A program made the translations under genes and the position numbers. DNA of 32,000 bases from Candidatus Heimdallarchaeota archaeon (lineage in GTDB: Archaea > Asgardarchaeota > Heimdallarchaeia > JABLTI01). This document shows positions 18,254 through 26,929 of this stretch, one piece after another. The stretch lies in contig JAUWKS010000026.1 in NCBI GenBank assembly GCA_030614005.1, forward strand, positions 11,682-43,681, read 5' to 3'. Every line of letters starts with the position of its first letter. Position 1 is the first letter of the stretch. The notes below the pieces were generated by a model. That model ran no database searches. It was not told the DNA's origin and was given only the letters and a program-made list of their open reading frames with translations.

Positions 18254-19231
18254 TTCTTTTTTCTTCCTTCGTTTATTCTTTTTGTAATAAGGAGACAAAG
18301 CTAGTAAAGCTGGTTTTACAAAAGGTTTGAACATTATTGCTAATCGTCGTTGACTTTGAGCATTAGAGACCATTTCTTGGAGTAGATCATCAAAGGTATG
18401 ATTTTGGAATTGTAATAACTCGTTAAGTTTTACTGTATCGTAGTAACAACAATGAAATGGCTCATCACTAAAAGCTTCATCCGGTAGCATTTCGATACCC
18501 ATTAAAGGAAGCATTTTTATTAAATAATCTTTGTAGATGAATTGACACTTTGCTCCTCCACCTAAATTGAAGGTTTTTCCCCACACTTTTTTGACTTCAA
18601 TAGCATTTGCTAATGCTAAACCGGTATCTTCTGTATGAGTAAACTCTACTGGAGTATCTAAAGGCATCTTAAACATTAAGGGTGTAAGTTTGATTTTCTG
18701 TGAATTTGGAATGTAACTTAATCTGAAAATAGTATACTCCACTCCTGATTCCTTTATGTATTTCTCTGCGTTTAATTTTGTTACCGCATAATGATCTCCA
18801 GGGCTTGGATTGTGTTCTAAATCTTCTTTAACAATAGGTGAGTCCTTATTCCGTACATCTCCATAAATCGCAACAGAAGATGTATAGATTAACTTAGGAG
18901 GGTTCTTTTGTACTTTAATAGCATCAACAATATTTTTCGTTCCACCAAAATTAACTTGCATTGTATACTCGTTGTTTCGGTTAGCTTTTGGAGGAATTAT
19001 CGCAGCAACATGCATCACTAAGTCTTGATCTTGAACGGCTTTCTAATCATTTTTTTTATTTCTGATGTCTGACCAAATGATTCTGATATTACTTTTTTTG
19101 AAACGTCTTGCAGTTTGTCGTGTTTCAAAAGTGCTTTTATCAAAACAAGTTATTTCATATTCTCTTTCTAGAAGGTACTTTAATGTGCTAGCACCAACAT
19201 TTCCAAATGCGCCTGTTAGTAGAATTTTCAT
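18248..19231 (-). pseudogene. Extended SDR paralog 3 interrupted by an in-frame TAG (pseudogene, sequence error or readthrough)
   Basis: ORFs 19043-19231 (TGAFGNVG) and 18248-19018 (SSVAIYG, YAVTK) are in the same frame, joined by DIRNKKND*KAVQDQDLVMHVAA. The combined 327 codons match the 329- and 323-aa paralogs. Confidence 0.8.
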
Positions 19232-19479
19232 TTTTAGTAAATCCTAATAGTTGTAATAGTTATGATGGATTTATTGAACGAATACTGATTTTTTAATATT
19301 ATCGCTTTTTTCTAGTAAGATAAAGTAATGAAGAAATTATTGAAAAAAACAGCAAGCTAAATAAAATTAGTAAAAATCTAAGAAAAGGTTTTCCAATTTC
19401 TAAGTGTTAGTATTTATGTTTACTTTCTTAGAAAGAATATTTAATACATACCAAGAGAAGAGCATTTAGGGGGATTAAT

Positions 19480-20715
19480 ATGACAAAGAATAAAATTAGA
19501 ATTTTGGATGTAACAAATAGAGATGGAGTACAAACTAGTAGATTGGGTTTGTCAAAATTACAAAAAACAATGATAAACATGCTCTTGAATAAAGTAGGCG
19601 TTTATCAATCCGAATTTGGTTTTCCAACAACTAAACACGAAACTAATTACTTGAATGCAAATATCGAGCTCGCTAAATTAGGTGCACTTTCACCTATGAT
19701 ACTTGAAGGATGGATACGAGCGATAAAAGATGATGTTCTTTTAGCTACAGAACTGACTAAAGTAGAACATCTTAACCTTTCAATTTCTACTTCTAAACAA
19801 ATGACTGAAGGTAAATTTCGAGGTAGAGTGTCTCGAGAGGGTATTATCGATATGATGGTTGAAGCGGTAGAAACAGCCAAGGAAAAAGGAATCAAAACAA
19901 TAGGTGTTAACGCAGAAGATTCTTCTCGAACGGATATGGACTATTTATTACAATTTGCTCAAGCTGCAAAAGAAGCAGGTGCAGTACGAATAAGATATTG
20001 CGATACTTTGGGCTATGACTCTCCTTCACGCATTCGAAAACGATGCCAAACTCTTGCAGAAGAAATACAACTACCAATTGAAACGCATTGTCACAATGAC
20101 CTTGGAATGGCTGTAGCAAATTCAATAGAGGGTGCACTTGGTATCATTGATGGTGGACAAGATGCGTATATCAATACAACAGTGAATGGTATGGGTGAAC
20201 GTGCTGGAAATGCAGATTTAGTTTCATGCATTCTTGGAATAAAATATGCGGCAGAACTCGAAGATAGAGATATTCTAGATCCCAATATTAAATTAGACCA
20301 AACCTGGAGAATTGCTAAATATTCTGCTTATGCTTTTGATGTTCCAATACCAATAAACCAACCTGGAGTTGGAGCAAATGCTTTTGCACATGAATCTGGA
20401 ATACATGCTGATGGTGCTTTAAAAGATCGGAAGAATTATGAGCTATATGATTATGAAATTTTAGGCAGAGGTGAACCTGAAGTTATTGAAACAGGTAGAA
20501 GTATAACAACAGGAGAATACAGTGGTATCAAAGGTTTTCTACATGTTGCTGGAAAATATGACGTTGAATTTAAAGACGATAAAGATGCAAGATTTAAACT
20601 CGATCTGACAAGATTTGCAAATGTGGACACACAGAAGCCTCTAACCGAATGTGAATTGCTCTTTGTTTGTAATTATCCGGAAATTGCGAGAAAACTTCTA
20701 ACCAAAACACCATAA
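19480..20715 (+). CDS. DRE-TIM acyl-CoA condensing enzyme (homocitrate synthase / Re-citrate synthase family)
   Basis: DVTNRDGVQ, YCDTLG, HCHNDLGMAVAN, GMGERAGNA, AHESGIHADG motifs; no C-terminal regulatory domain. Confidence 0.88.
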   Translation: MTKNKIRILDVTNRDGVQTSRLGLSKLQKTMINMLLNKVGVYQSEFGFPTTKHETNYLNANIELAKLGALSPMILEGWIRAIKDDVLLATELTKVEHLNLSISTSKQMTEGKFRGRVSREGIIDMMVEAVETAKEKGIKTIGVNAEDSSRTDMDYLLQFAQAAKEAGAVRIRYCDTLGYDSPSRIRKRCQTLAEEIQLPIETHCHNDLGMAVANSIEGALGIIDGGQDAYINTTVNGMGERAGNADLVSCILGIKYAAELEDRDILDPNIKLDQTWRIAKYSAYAFDVPIPINQPGVGANAFAHESGIHADGALKDRKNYELYDYEILGRGEPEVIETGRSITTGEYSGIKGFLHVAGKYDVEFKDDKDARFKLDLTRFANVDTQKPLTECELLFVCNYPEIARKLLTKTP

Positions 20716-20999
20716 TCTTTCTCCTTTTTTTTTATCGAGTTTACAATGTTTATCTGTATGATTATTGCTATTTGATTGTTTGTGAATTGGTATATTTCTA
20801 TAAGAAATCCCTCTTAGAGATTGATACTAACAATCTTTGAATAAGCAATTTCTTTTTTTACTCGATTTATTTGTGAACTTAATTAGGTTATAGCAATTAT
20901 TGAAAAGAATAGTCTCCATTCAAAATATTTTTGAAATAGAAAACAATATTATATTTCAAAAGGTGAGTTGTTTAATGGAGTATCACAGGAGTTTCATTA

Positions 21000-21362
21000 A
21001 TGGCAAAAATAATGATTGTTGAAGATTTATCAATAATGCAGGAGATATTAAAAGAGGTTTTAGCATTAAATGGTCATTCAGTAATTTTCCAAGCAATTAA
21101 TGGTCAAGAAGCTATTGACTATTATTCAAATGAAGAAAACGTGCGACCTGACCTTGTTCTAATGGATCATCGAATGCCTGGAAAAGATGGTATATCAACT
21201 ATGCAAGAAATCTTCGAAATTGATGATGCAACCAATATTGTTTTTGTAAGTGCAGACCCATCTGCTCGCAAAAAAGCTTTAGAAATGGGCGCAGTTTATT
21301 ATCTAATAAAACCGATTTCAGTTAAGACATTCCTTGAAGTTGTGGAAAAATTTACTCAATAA
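21000..21362 (+). CDS. Stand-alone CheY-like response regulator receiver
   Basis: IVED, phosphoacceptor LVLMDHRMP, VSA, LIKP all intact. Confidence 0.93.
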   Translation: MAKIMIVEDLSIMQEILKEVLALNGHSVIFQAINGQEAIDYYSNEENVRPDLVLMDHRMPGKDGISTMQEIFEIDDATNIVFVSADPSARKKALEMGAVYYLIKPISVKTFLEVVEKFTQ

Positions 21363-21373
21363 GTAATTTATAT

Positions 21374-22627
21374 TTAGTTAAAATTTATATGCTTTTGCGA
21401 AAAATAAGAAAGAATTTTGTCTTTTAATTTTGGATTAAAGTCTTCGATTATTTTCAAAATGAATTGAATTTCTCCTTCCCCAATGTTCTCAAGGACAAGA
21501 TCAATTTCTGATGGTTTTATTTCTTCACCATGGAAAATTTCTCTTATTTGGTTTGTTTTTTCCAGTAACGAATTGATTTGTGTTTTAATAATTTGTTTAG
21601 ATTCATCAAAATCTAAATCTTTGATTTCATTCAAAAGGTTAACACAAAAACTGTTGGTCTCCCCACCAAAAACTTTGCCTTGATAAAAATCGATTACAAT
21701 TTTACTTGTTATGGGAAAATTGTTAAGAAATTCTGTAAAATCCACCTCTGAATACTCTAATGAACTTTCCATACGATCTCTTTCATCAGTGGTTAGAGTA
21801 CTATAGATTGATTCTTCCCGAAGGCCTAAAATATGCAAAGTAATTTTATTTTCAGTTTTTGAGTACAGTACTTCTGCGTCTGCCATTGGAATCATCATTG
21901 GATCATTGTATATTCTCTTGTGTGGAAGAAATTCTCTCAAAGTATACATTGTCATAATTATTTCATCATGTCTTCCAACAATTAAGATACGTTCGTTTAA
22001 TAACAAAGTATTGATAATCCGATCTAAACTTGCTGACATTTTCTGAAATAGAAAGTCAAAGCTCCCAATAAATTGATCACCATTTGTTTCAGTGATGAAT
22101 ACTGATTTTCCAGATGATTCTTCATCAGAAATTCTTTGTTTGATTAAATCAAGAGAACCTGTTGTATCTGAATATTCAACTTGAAGTTCTTCTATGTTCA
22201 TCAAATTTTCTAATTTTTTCTTGATATTCCTATCAAGCTTGCTTGAGGGATCTCCAACTTTAACAATTTCTTTTGCCAAATGTATAACATTAGCTGAAAT
22301 TTCAGGTATTGATTTGTAAAAAAACATTTGTTCTGTTTGCTCAACTAATAACACAATTCCAAAAGCTCGATTCCCACCTCTGGCATTTTTGTCCTCAATA
22401 TAAAAATAAGTAGAATAAGCAATATACTCTTCATCAGGGAAAGGAATTATTGAACTAAAGAAATCTTCTTGGGAAATTTCAGATTTTGCGACAAGGGAGA
22501 GAGTGCTTAAATGCGATTTCATAGCAATTTTTTTTTGAAATGCTTCATTAATATCTTTAGAATATATGCAACAAGGACCTATACGATCATCAAATCGGAC
22601 AAAGCATATTCCTCTCTTATTATTCAA
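21374..22627 (-). CDS. DENN-domain protein (uDENN-cDENN-dDENN-like)
   Basis: N-terminal GICFVRFDDRIGP...IPFP...YFYIEDKNARGGNRAFGIVLLV (longin/uDENN); central FLFQKM...IINTLLLNERILIVG...LREFLP (core DENN pattern); then IVIDFYQGKV...FCVNLLNEI. Confidence 0.75.
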   Translation of the reverse strand: MNNKRGICFVRFDDRIGPCCIYSKDINEAFQKKIAMKSHLSTLSLVAKSEISQEDFFSSIIPFPDEEYIAYSTYFYIEDKNARGGNRAFGIVLLVEQTEQMFFYKSIPEISANVIHLAKEIVKVGDPSSKLDRNIKKKLENLMNIEELQVEYSDTTGSLDLIKQRISDEESSGKSVFITETNGDQFIGSFDFLFQKMSASLDRIINTLLLNERILIVGRHDEIIMTMYTLREFLPHKRIYNDPMMIPMADAEVLYSKTENKITLHILGLREESIYSTLTTDERDRMESSLEYSEVDFTEFLNNFPITSKIVIDFYQGKVFGGETNSFCVNLLNEIKDLDFDESKQIIKTQINSLLEKTNQIREIFHGEEIKPSEIDLVLENIGEGEIQFILKIIEDFNPKLKDKILSYFSQKHINFN

Positions 22628-22828
22628 TGTAATACTATCCAGATTTATTTGTATAATTCTTTAACTTGATTTCATGAATTTCAATCATATAATGTGTCTT
22701 ATTCTTTCATACAGCATTTCGAATGTTTAAGTTATCCAGTACAAATATAATGTGTTCATTATTATTGTAGTATTTCAATGTAACACTTAGGGCAAATAAA
22801 TGAAAGAAAATAAAAAATTGATTTTAAA

Positions 22829-23176
22829 TTATGCTTGACAATAATCTTTGATTTTGTTGAGAAGTTCTTTATTTCTAATAGGTTTAGTTAAAACTTCCTT
22901 TGCTCCAGCTTTGAGTATTTCACTTGCACGTGAAGAATATGCTGTAATGGCAATGATAACTGTTTTTGGATCAATTATTAATATCTCTTTTGTAGCGGTT
23001 ATTCCATCCATCTCAGGCATTAAAATATCCATTAGAATAATGTTTGGTTGTTTTTCTTTAAAAACTTTAATTGCTTCAATTCCATTTTTTGCTTCGAAGA
23101 TTTGATATTCTTTTAAGATTAATTTAAAAATAGATCTCAATTTTTCATTATCATCCACAATTAAAACTTTAAGCAT
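22829..23176 (-). CDS. Stand-alone CheY-like response regulator receiver
   Basis: IVDD, IILMDILMPEMDG, ITA, LTKP all intact. Confidence 0.93.
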   Translation of the reverse strand: MLKVLIVDDNEKLRSIFKLILKEYQIFEAKNGIEAIKVFKEKQPNIILMDILMPEMDGITATKEILIIDPKTVIIAITAYSSRASEILKAGAKEVLTKPIRNKELLNKIKDYCQA

Positions 23177-23306
23177 ATATAATCACATTGTAAATTAAAA
23201 GGAAAATTTTATTCAAATATCTTTTGGAACGGGTAAAAAATATTTTTTTGCCCCAAGGATTTATCTTTTAAATACAGTTATTAATTATTATGTTATTAAT
23301 AATTGA

Positions 23307-24245
23307 GTGATTACAATGAAAAGAAAACCAATCGGCTGGCTCTCAAAAGGTCGTTCTGTTGTGCTAATGGGTCTAGATTATGCTGGAAAAACAACTTTAG
23401 TTGATCAATGGACCAAAGGAGTTATTGAAAAAACAACGACAACTATTGGCCTTGATATAGAGCACGTTGAAATTCGAGGAGAGAAATTTAATATGATCGA
23501 TCTTGGAGGTCAACAGCCATTTAGAATTACTATTTGGAAAACTTATGCTCAAATGGCCCAAGGAGTAATCTTTGTCTTTGATATTACAGATAAATTAAGA
23601 GTACAAGAGGCCGTTGAATGGTTTTGGAAAGTAGTTGAATGGTTGAGAGAAGATGCACCGATTATTTTCTGCGCAAACAAAATTGATTTAAGAGATAAAA
23701 AGAAAGAATCTGCGATGTCACTCGAAGAAATCATTAACAACTTCAACTTAGAGAAATTCAGTCAAGATAAATATGTTCAACATTCATTCAGAATTTTTGA
23801 AATATCTGCAAAGACAGGTGAGAATGTTGAAGAATCAATGGAATGGTTATTTGGTAAAGTAATAGGTTCTAAAGAGAAATCTAAAATTAAAGGTGTATTA
23901 ATTTACTCTAGTGAAAAAAAATCAACTATATTGGAAATACCTTTCGTAGATGAAGTTAAAGACTTCAGTAAACAGAAAAATATTGCTGAAATAATAGACT
24001 ATAATAGTAAATTACTCAATAAAAGTCAATCAACAATGCAATATTATGAACAAGATGATATGGATGTTTATGTTTTCGCTCAAGGAGGCTTCCTCTGTAT
24101 CATTATTACTGAAAAAGAAGCTGAATATAATTCTGTTAGAATTACCGGACAGAGTATTCTCAATGTGGTTTCTGTCTTGGACAGTGAAGGAGAATTAAAA
24201 ATAGATCAACTAAAATGGGTAATCAAAGAAAGTTTTGGAGCATAG
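23307..24245 (+). CDS. Arf-like small GTPase fused to a C-terminal longin/roadblock-like domain
   Basis: G1 GLDYAGKT, G2 TTIG, G3 DLGGQ, G4 NKID, G5 ISAK, then about 120 aa with KGVLIYS...VYVFAQGGFLCIIIT...(helix), an alpha/beta sandwich pattern. Confidence 0.88.
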   Translation: MITMKRKPIGWLSKGRSVVLMGLDYAGKTTLVDQWTKGVIEKTTTTIGLDIEHVEIRGEKFNMIDLGGQQPFRITIWKTYAQMAQGVIFVFDITDKLRVQEAVEWFWKVVEWLREDAPIIFCANKIDLRDKKKESAMSLEEIINNFNLEKFSQDKYVQHSFRIFEISAKTGENVEESMEWLFGKVIGSKEKSKIKGVLIYSSEKKSTILEIPFVDEVKDFSKQKNIAEIIDYNSKLLNKSQSTMQYYEQDDMDVYVFAQGGFLCIIITEKEAEYNSVRITGQSILNVVSVLDSEGELKIDQLKWVIKESFGA

Positions 24246-24283
24246 TGTAAATTATTTTTCTATTGCTTCAATTCCAACAATTT

Positions 24284-25393
24284 TTAATAAGATGGCAATA
24301 CAATAACCATCTTTGTTATTGTTTCATTTTTTATTTTTGAATCTTCTAGAAAAATTCGACCATTGAAATTATCAACTAAACTTTTCACTAAAAAGAATCC
24401 AAACCCATATTGTTGGTGAGTTGTATCAACAATCGAATTATCATCATCAGACATTGCACTATTTAAAGATGAACGTATATCAACTTCTATAGAGAGGATG
24501 TTGTTGCCTTCGGGATTTTCTAGTATCTCCGATTCTCGAATGAGAACTTCGATGCTCTTACATAAATCTGACATTGGCAAGCTCAATGAATAAAACACTT
24601 CAGTAAAAAGCATTACTAGCTCATCATAAACTGCTCTAACAAAATATTTCCCTGGTATTAGTTTTTTAGGAATCACCAGTTTACAGCTAGGGTTCTTACT
24701 TTTTATATCATTAATAATTTCAGATATTACTTCAACAATATCAATTTTTTTGAAATTAGCCGGTTGAGTCTCTCCTAGAGAGAGCAGATTATTGAATCGT
24801 TCAATCAATCGGGTATTATTAAAGAATAAATCATTTAAAATTTTCAAACTCTTCTCTTGAGAATCAGAAAGTTCAGATGATTGAAGTAAATCTATTACAA
24901 TATTTAATACTTCAGTATAATTCTCATAATCGTTACTAAGTATAGTAAGTAAAAATTCAATTTGATTATATGATTCGAATAAATCATCCAGTGTTCTCTG
25001 TGTTTCTAATTGAGTTTTATTTCGATTCAGTATGTCATCTAATAGCACAGCTAACCTAGTTTCATCTACAGGCTTTTCTAAGAATCCTGTTGCTGCATTT
25101 GTACTAGTTACCTGTTTAAGAATATCATAGTCAGTAAAATCAATCATAGCTATTCGTTCGGTTTCTGGTGAAAGAATCTTTATTTTCTCTAAAATTTCAA
25201 TCCCGGAAACATCCTGTAATACAGGATTAATAAGAGCTAGTTGAGGTCGATTTTTCTTAATAAGATTCAAAGCTATCTTACCATTTGGAGCGAGAATAAT
25301 ATCAAATCCTTTTTTTGACAATAAATTTCGCAATAAATCTCGATTTTTCTCATTATCATCAATAATGAGAATTTGTATTTGATTATTCAACAC
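24284..25393 (-). CDS. Pseudo-receiver plus degenerate histidine-kinase-like protein
   Basis: Receiver fold (IIDD...FLEKP) with Asn56 at the phosphoacceptor position; H-box-like segment ILSNDYENY with no His; C-terminal G2-like box YGFGFFLVKSLVDNFNGRI. Confidence 0.8.
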   Translation of the reverse strand: MLNNQIQILIIDDNEKNRDLLRNLLSKKGFDIILAPNGKIALNLIKKNRPQLALINPVLQDVSGIEILEKIKILSPETERIAMIDFTDYDILKQVTSTNAATGFLEKPVDETRLAVLLDDILNRNKTQLETQRTLDDLFESYNQIEFLLTILSNDYENYTEVLNIVIDLLQSSELSDSQEKSLKILNDLFFNNTRLIERFNNLLSLGETQPANFKKIDIVEVISEIINDIKSKNPSCKLVIPKKLIPGKYFVRAVYDELVMLFTEVFYSLSLPMSDLCKSIEVLIRESEILENPEGNNILSIEVDIRSSLNSAMSDDDNSIVDTTHQQYGFGFFLVKSLVDNFNGRIFLEDSKIKNETITKMVIVLPSY

Positions 25394-25549
25394 TTAATCC
25401 TTCCACAGATAGTAATTAACGAATTTTAAGATAAATTAGTTTTGTTTTCTGCAAATTGTAATAATGCATAAAAAAATAGAGCTTCAAACAGTATTTATAA
25501 GTTGTTGATATTATCGCTTAGAAAAAAATAGTTGACTTGAATAGGGGAT

Positions 25550-26215
25550 TTATTTTTCTTGCCAACAGGTTTCATAAGGTGTTCTTCGTATTGAATCTGC
25601 TAAGGTTTTCTCACTTTTAAAATAGGCAGAGACCAATGATTTGTATAAAAGCACAGCTTTGATTTTTTCTTCTATGCACGCTGAGATGTCGATTTTTATG
25701 GGTTTTAATGAAGACTCTTTGATGAGTGTAGATTCAGGATGAAAATTGGGAAAGTCCTCATAGTAATATATTTCAACATCTGTTGCTGTTAATCCAGTGA
25801 CTGCTTTTTTTACTAAAAGATGATCTATCTGATTCCTTTGAGCAAAAGGACAATATAATTCAGATATATCTTCTTCAATAATTAATTTAGCTATATCTGT
25901 TCGTAATTCTTCAACTAGTTTCTCTTCAATGGAATTTAATTTTTTATCAAATAAGTTCTCGATTTTTCTCCCACGTAGAAATGCTGATTTATATTTGCGA
26001 TAAATAATTTTGATATTAAATAACCGTTCAAAAGATTCTTCCTCTTGAAGCTTCTTTCTGTATTTCCTCACAATTTTCATTCTAAAACGATAGAATTTAC
26101 TTCTGGGAGGAAAGAGGGTTACAATAATTGAATCTTCTTTATTCTGAGCAATAAATCCACTACAAGACCAAGCAATATCCCCATAGTGCGGTTCTAAGAA
26201 TAATTTGTTTGACAT
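25550..26215 (-). CDS. PIG-L/LmbE-family deacetylase-like protein (degenerate metal site)
   Basis: LFLEPHYGD (canonical PHxDD), QIDH (canonical HxDH), YYYEDFP. Confidence 0.7.
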   Translation of the reverse strand: MSNKLFLEPHYGDIAWSCSGFIAQNKEDSIIVTLFPPRSKFYRFRMKIVRKYRKKLQEEESFERLFNIKIIYRKYKSAFLRGRKIENLFDKKLNSIEEKLVEELRTDIAKLIIEEDISELYCPFAQRNQIDHLLVKKAVTGLTATDVEIYYYEDFPNFHPESTLIKESSLKPIKIDISACIEEKIKAVLLYKSLVSAYFKSEKTLADSIRRTPYETCWQEK

Positions 26216-26292
26216 TTCAGCATCTCTATTGATAGTATAATAGAATAAAATTTACCTTGGTTTAAATATGTAAAGCTTTTCATTCAAGACTT

Positions 26293-26709
26293 TTATTTAT
26301 TTTTCTCAATAGTTTCAATATGAATTATTACTAAAGAAGAAGCATCTTTCTTTCTTTTTTCTCTACCAATTAATCCGATTGTCACATCATTGCCAATTTC
26401 ATTATCAGAAGGAGATTGATCTTCAAAATCTGTTGGTGAAACATAATTATGCATGTCCTCGTAAACATAATTTACAACCCATCCTGGATCATTGTCCAGA
26501 TGCTCAACTGAAAAATCACCTAAATTGGTTCCAGGGGCAACAGGACCCCATTTTTCCATAAGACTTTTTGCTTCCTTTTCTATATTTTCAATTTCCTCAT
26601 GAAAAATGATTATCGTGCCATTCTCAAATAGAACCCACTTGCCTTTTTTAAGAACGATAAGTTTCCTCCATTGTTCAATTAGAGGATTTTTATTTGTTGT
26701 GGACATCAT
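26293..26709 (-). CDS. Hypothetical protein
   Basis: Globular-looking ORF with WVLFENGT..GPVAPGT..GDF..GWVV. Start moved from 26793 to ATG 26709, which has a GAGGA SD. Confidence 0.7.
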   Translation of the reverse strand: MMSTTNKNPLIEQWRKLIVLKKGKWVLFENGTIIIFHEEIENIEKEAKSLMEKWGPVAPGTNLGDFSVEHLDNDPGWVVNYVYEDMHNYVSPTDFEDQSPSDNEIGNDVTIGLIGREKRKKDASSLVIIHIETIEKNK

Positions 26710-26914
26710 AATTCCTCGACATGTAACGTCAATTTCATTTGTATTATTAAAATATCTATTTAGACATTTTAACAATAATATACTAATAAGCATTATACTG
26801 CAATATGGAAAAAATAGTACAAAAAAATTGAATTTTAAATTAATTTAGCCAACAAAAAAAATATTGGTTAATACAAAAAACTAATTAGCACCAAACTAGA
26901 GATAGGTACATATT

Positions 26915-26925
26915 AGGAGGGGTGA
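26915..26925 (+). promoter_or_regulatory. Strong Shine-Dalgarno AGGAGGGGTGA preceding a probable ATA start
   Basis: Matches the archaeal GGAGGTGA consensus; no in-frame ATG/GTG/TTG until 27026. Confidence 0.6.
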
Positions 26926-26929
26926 AAAC

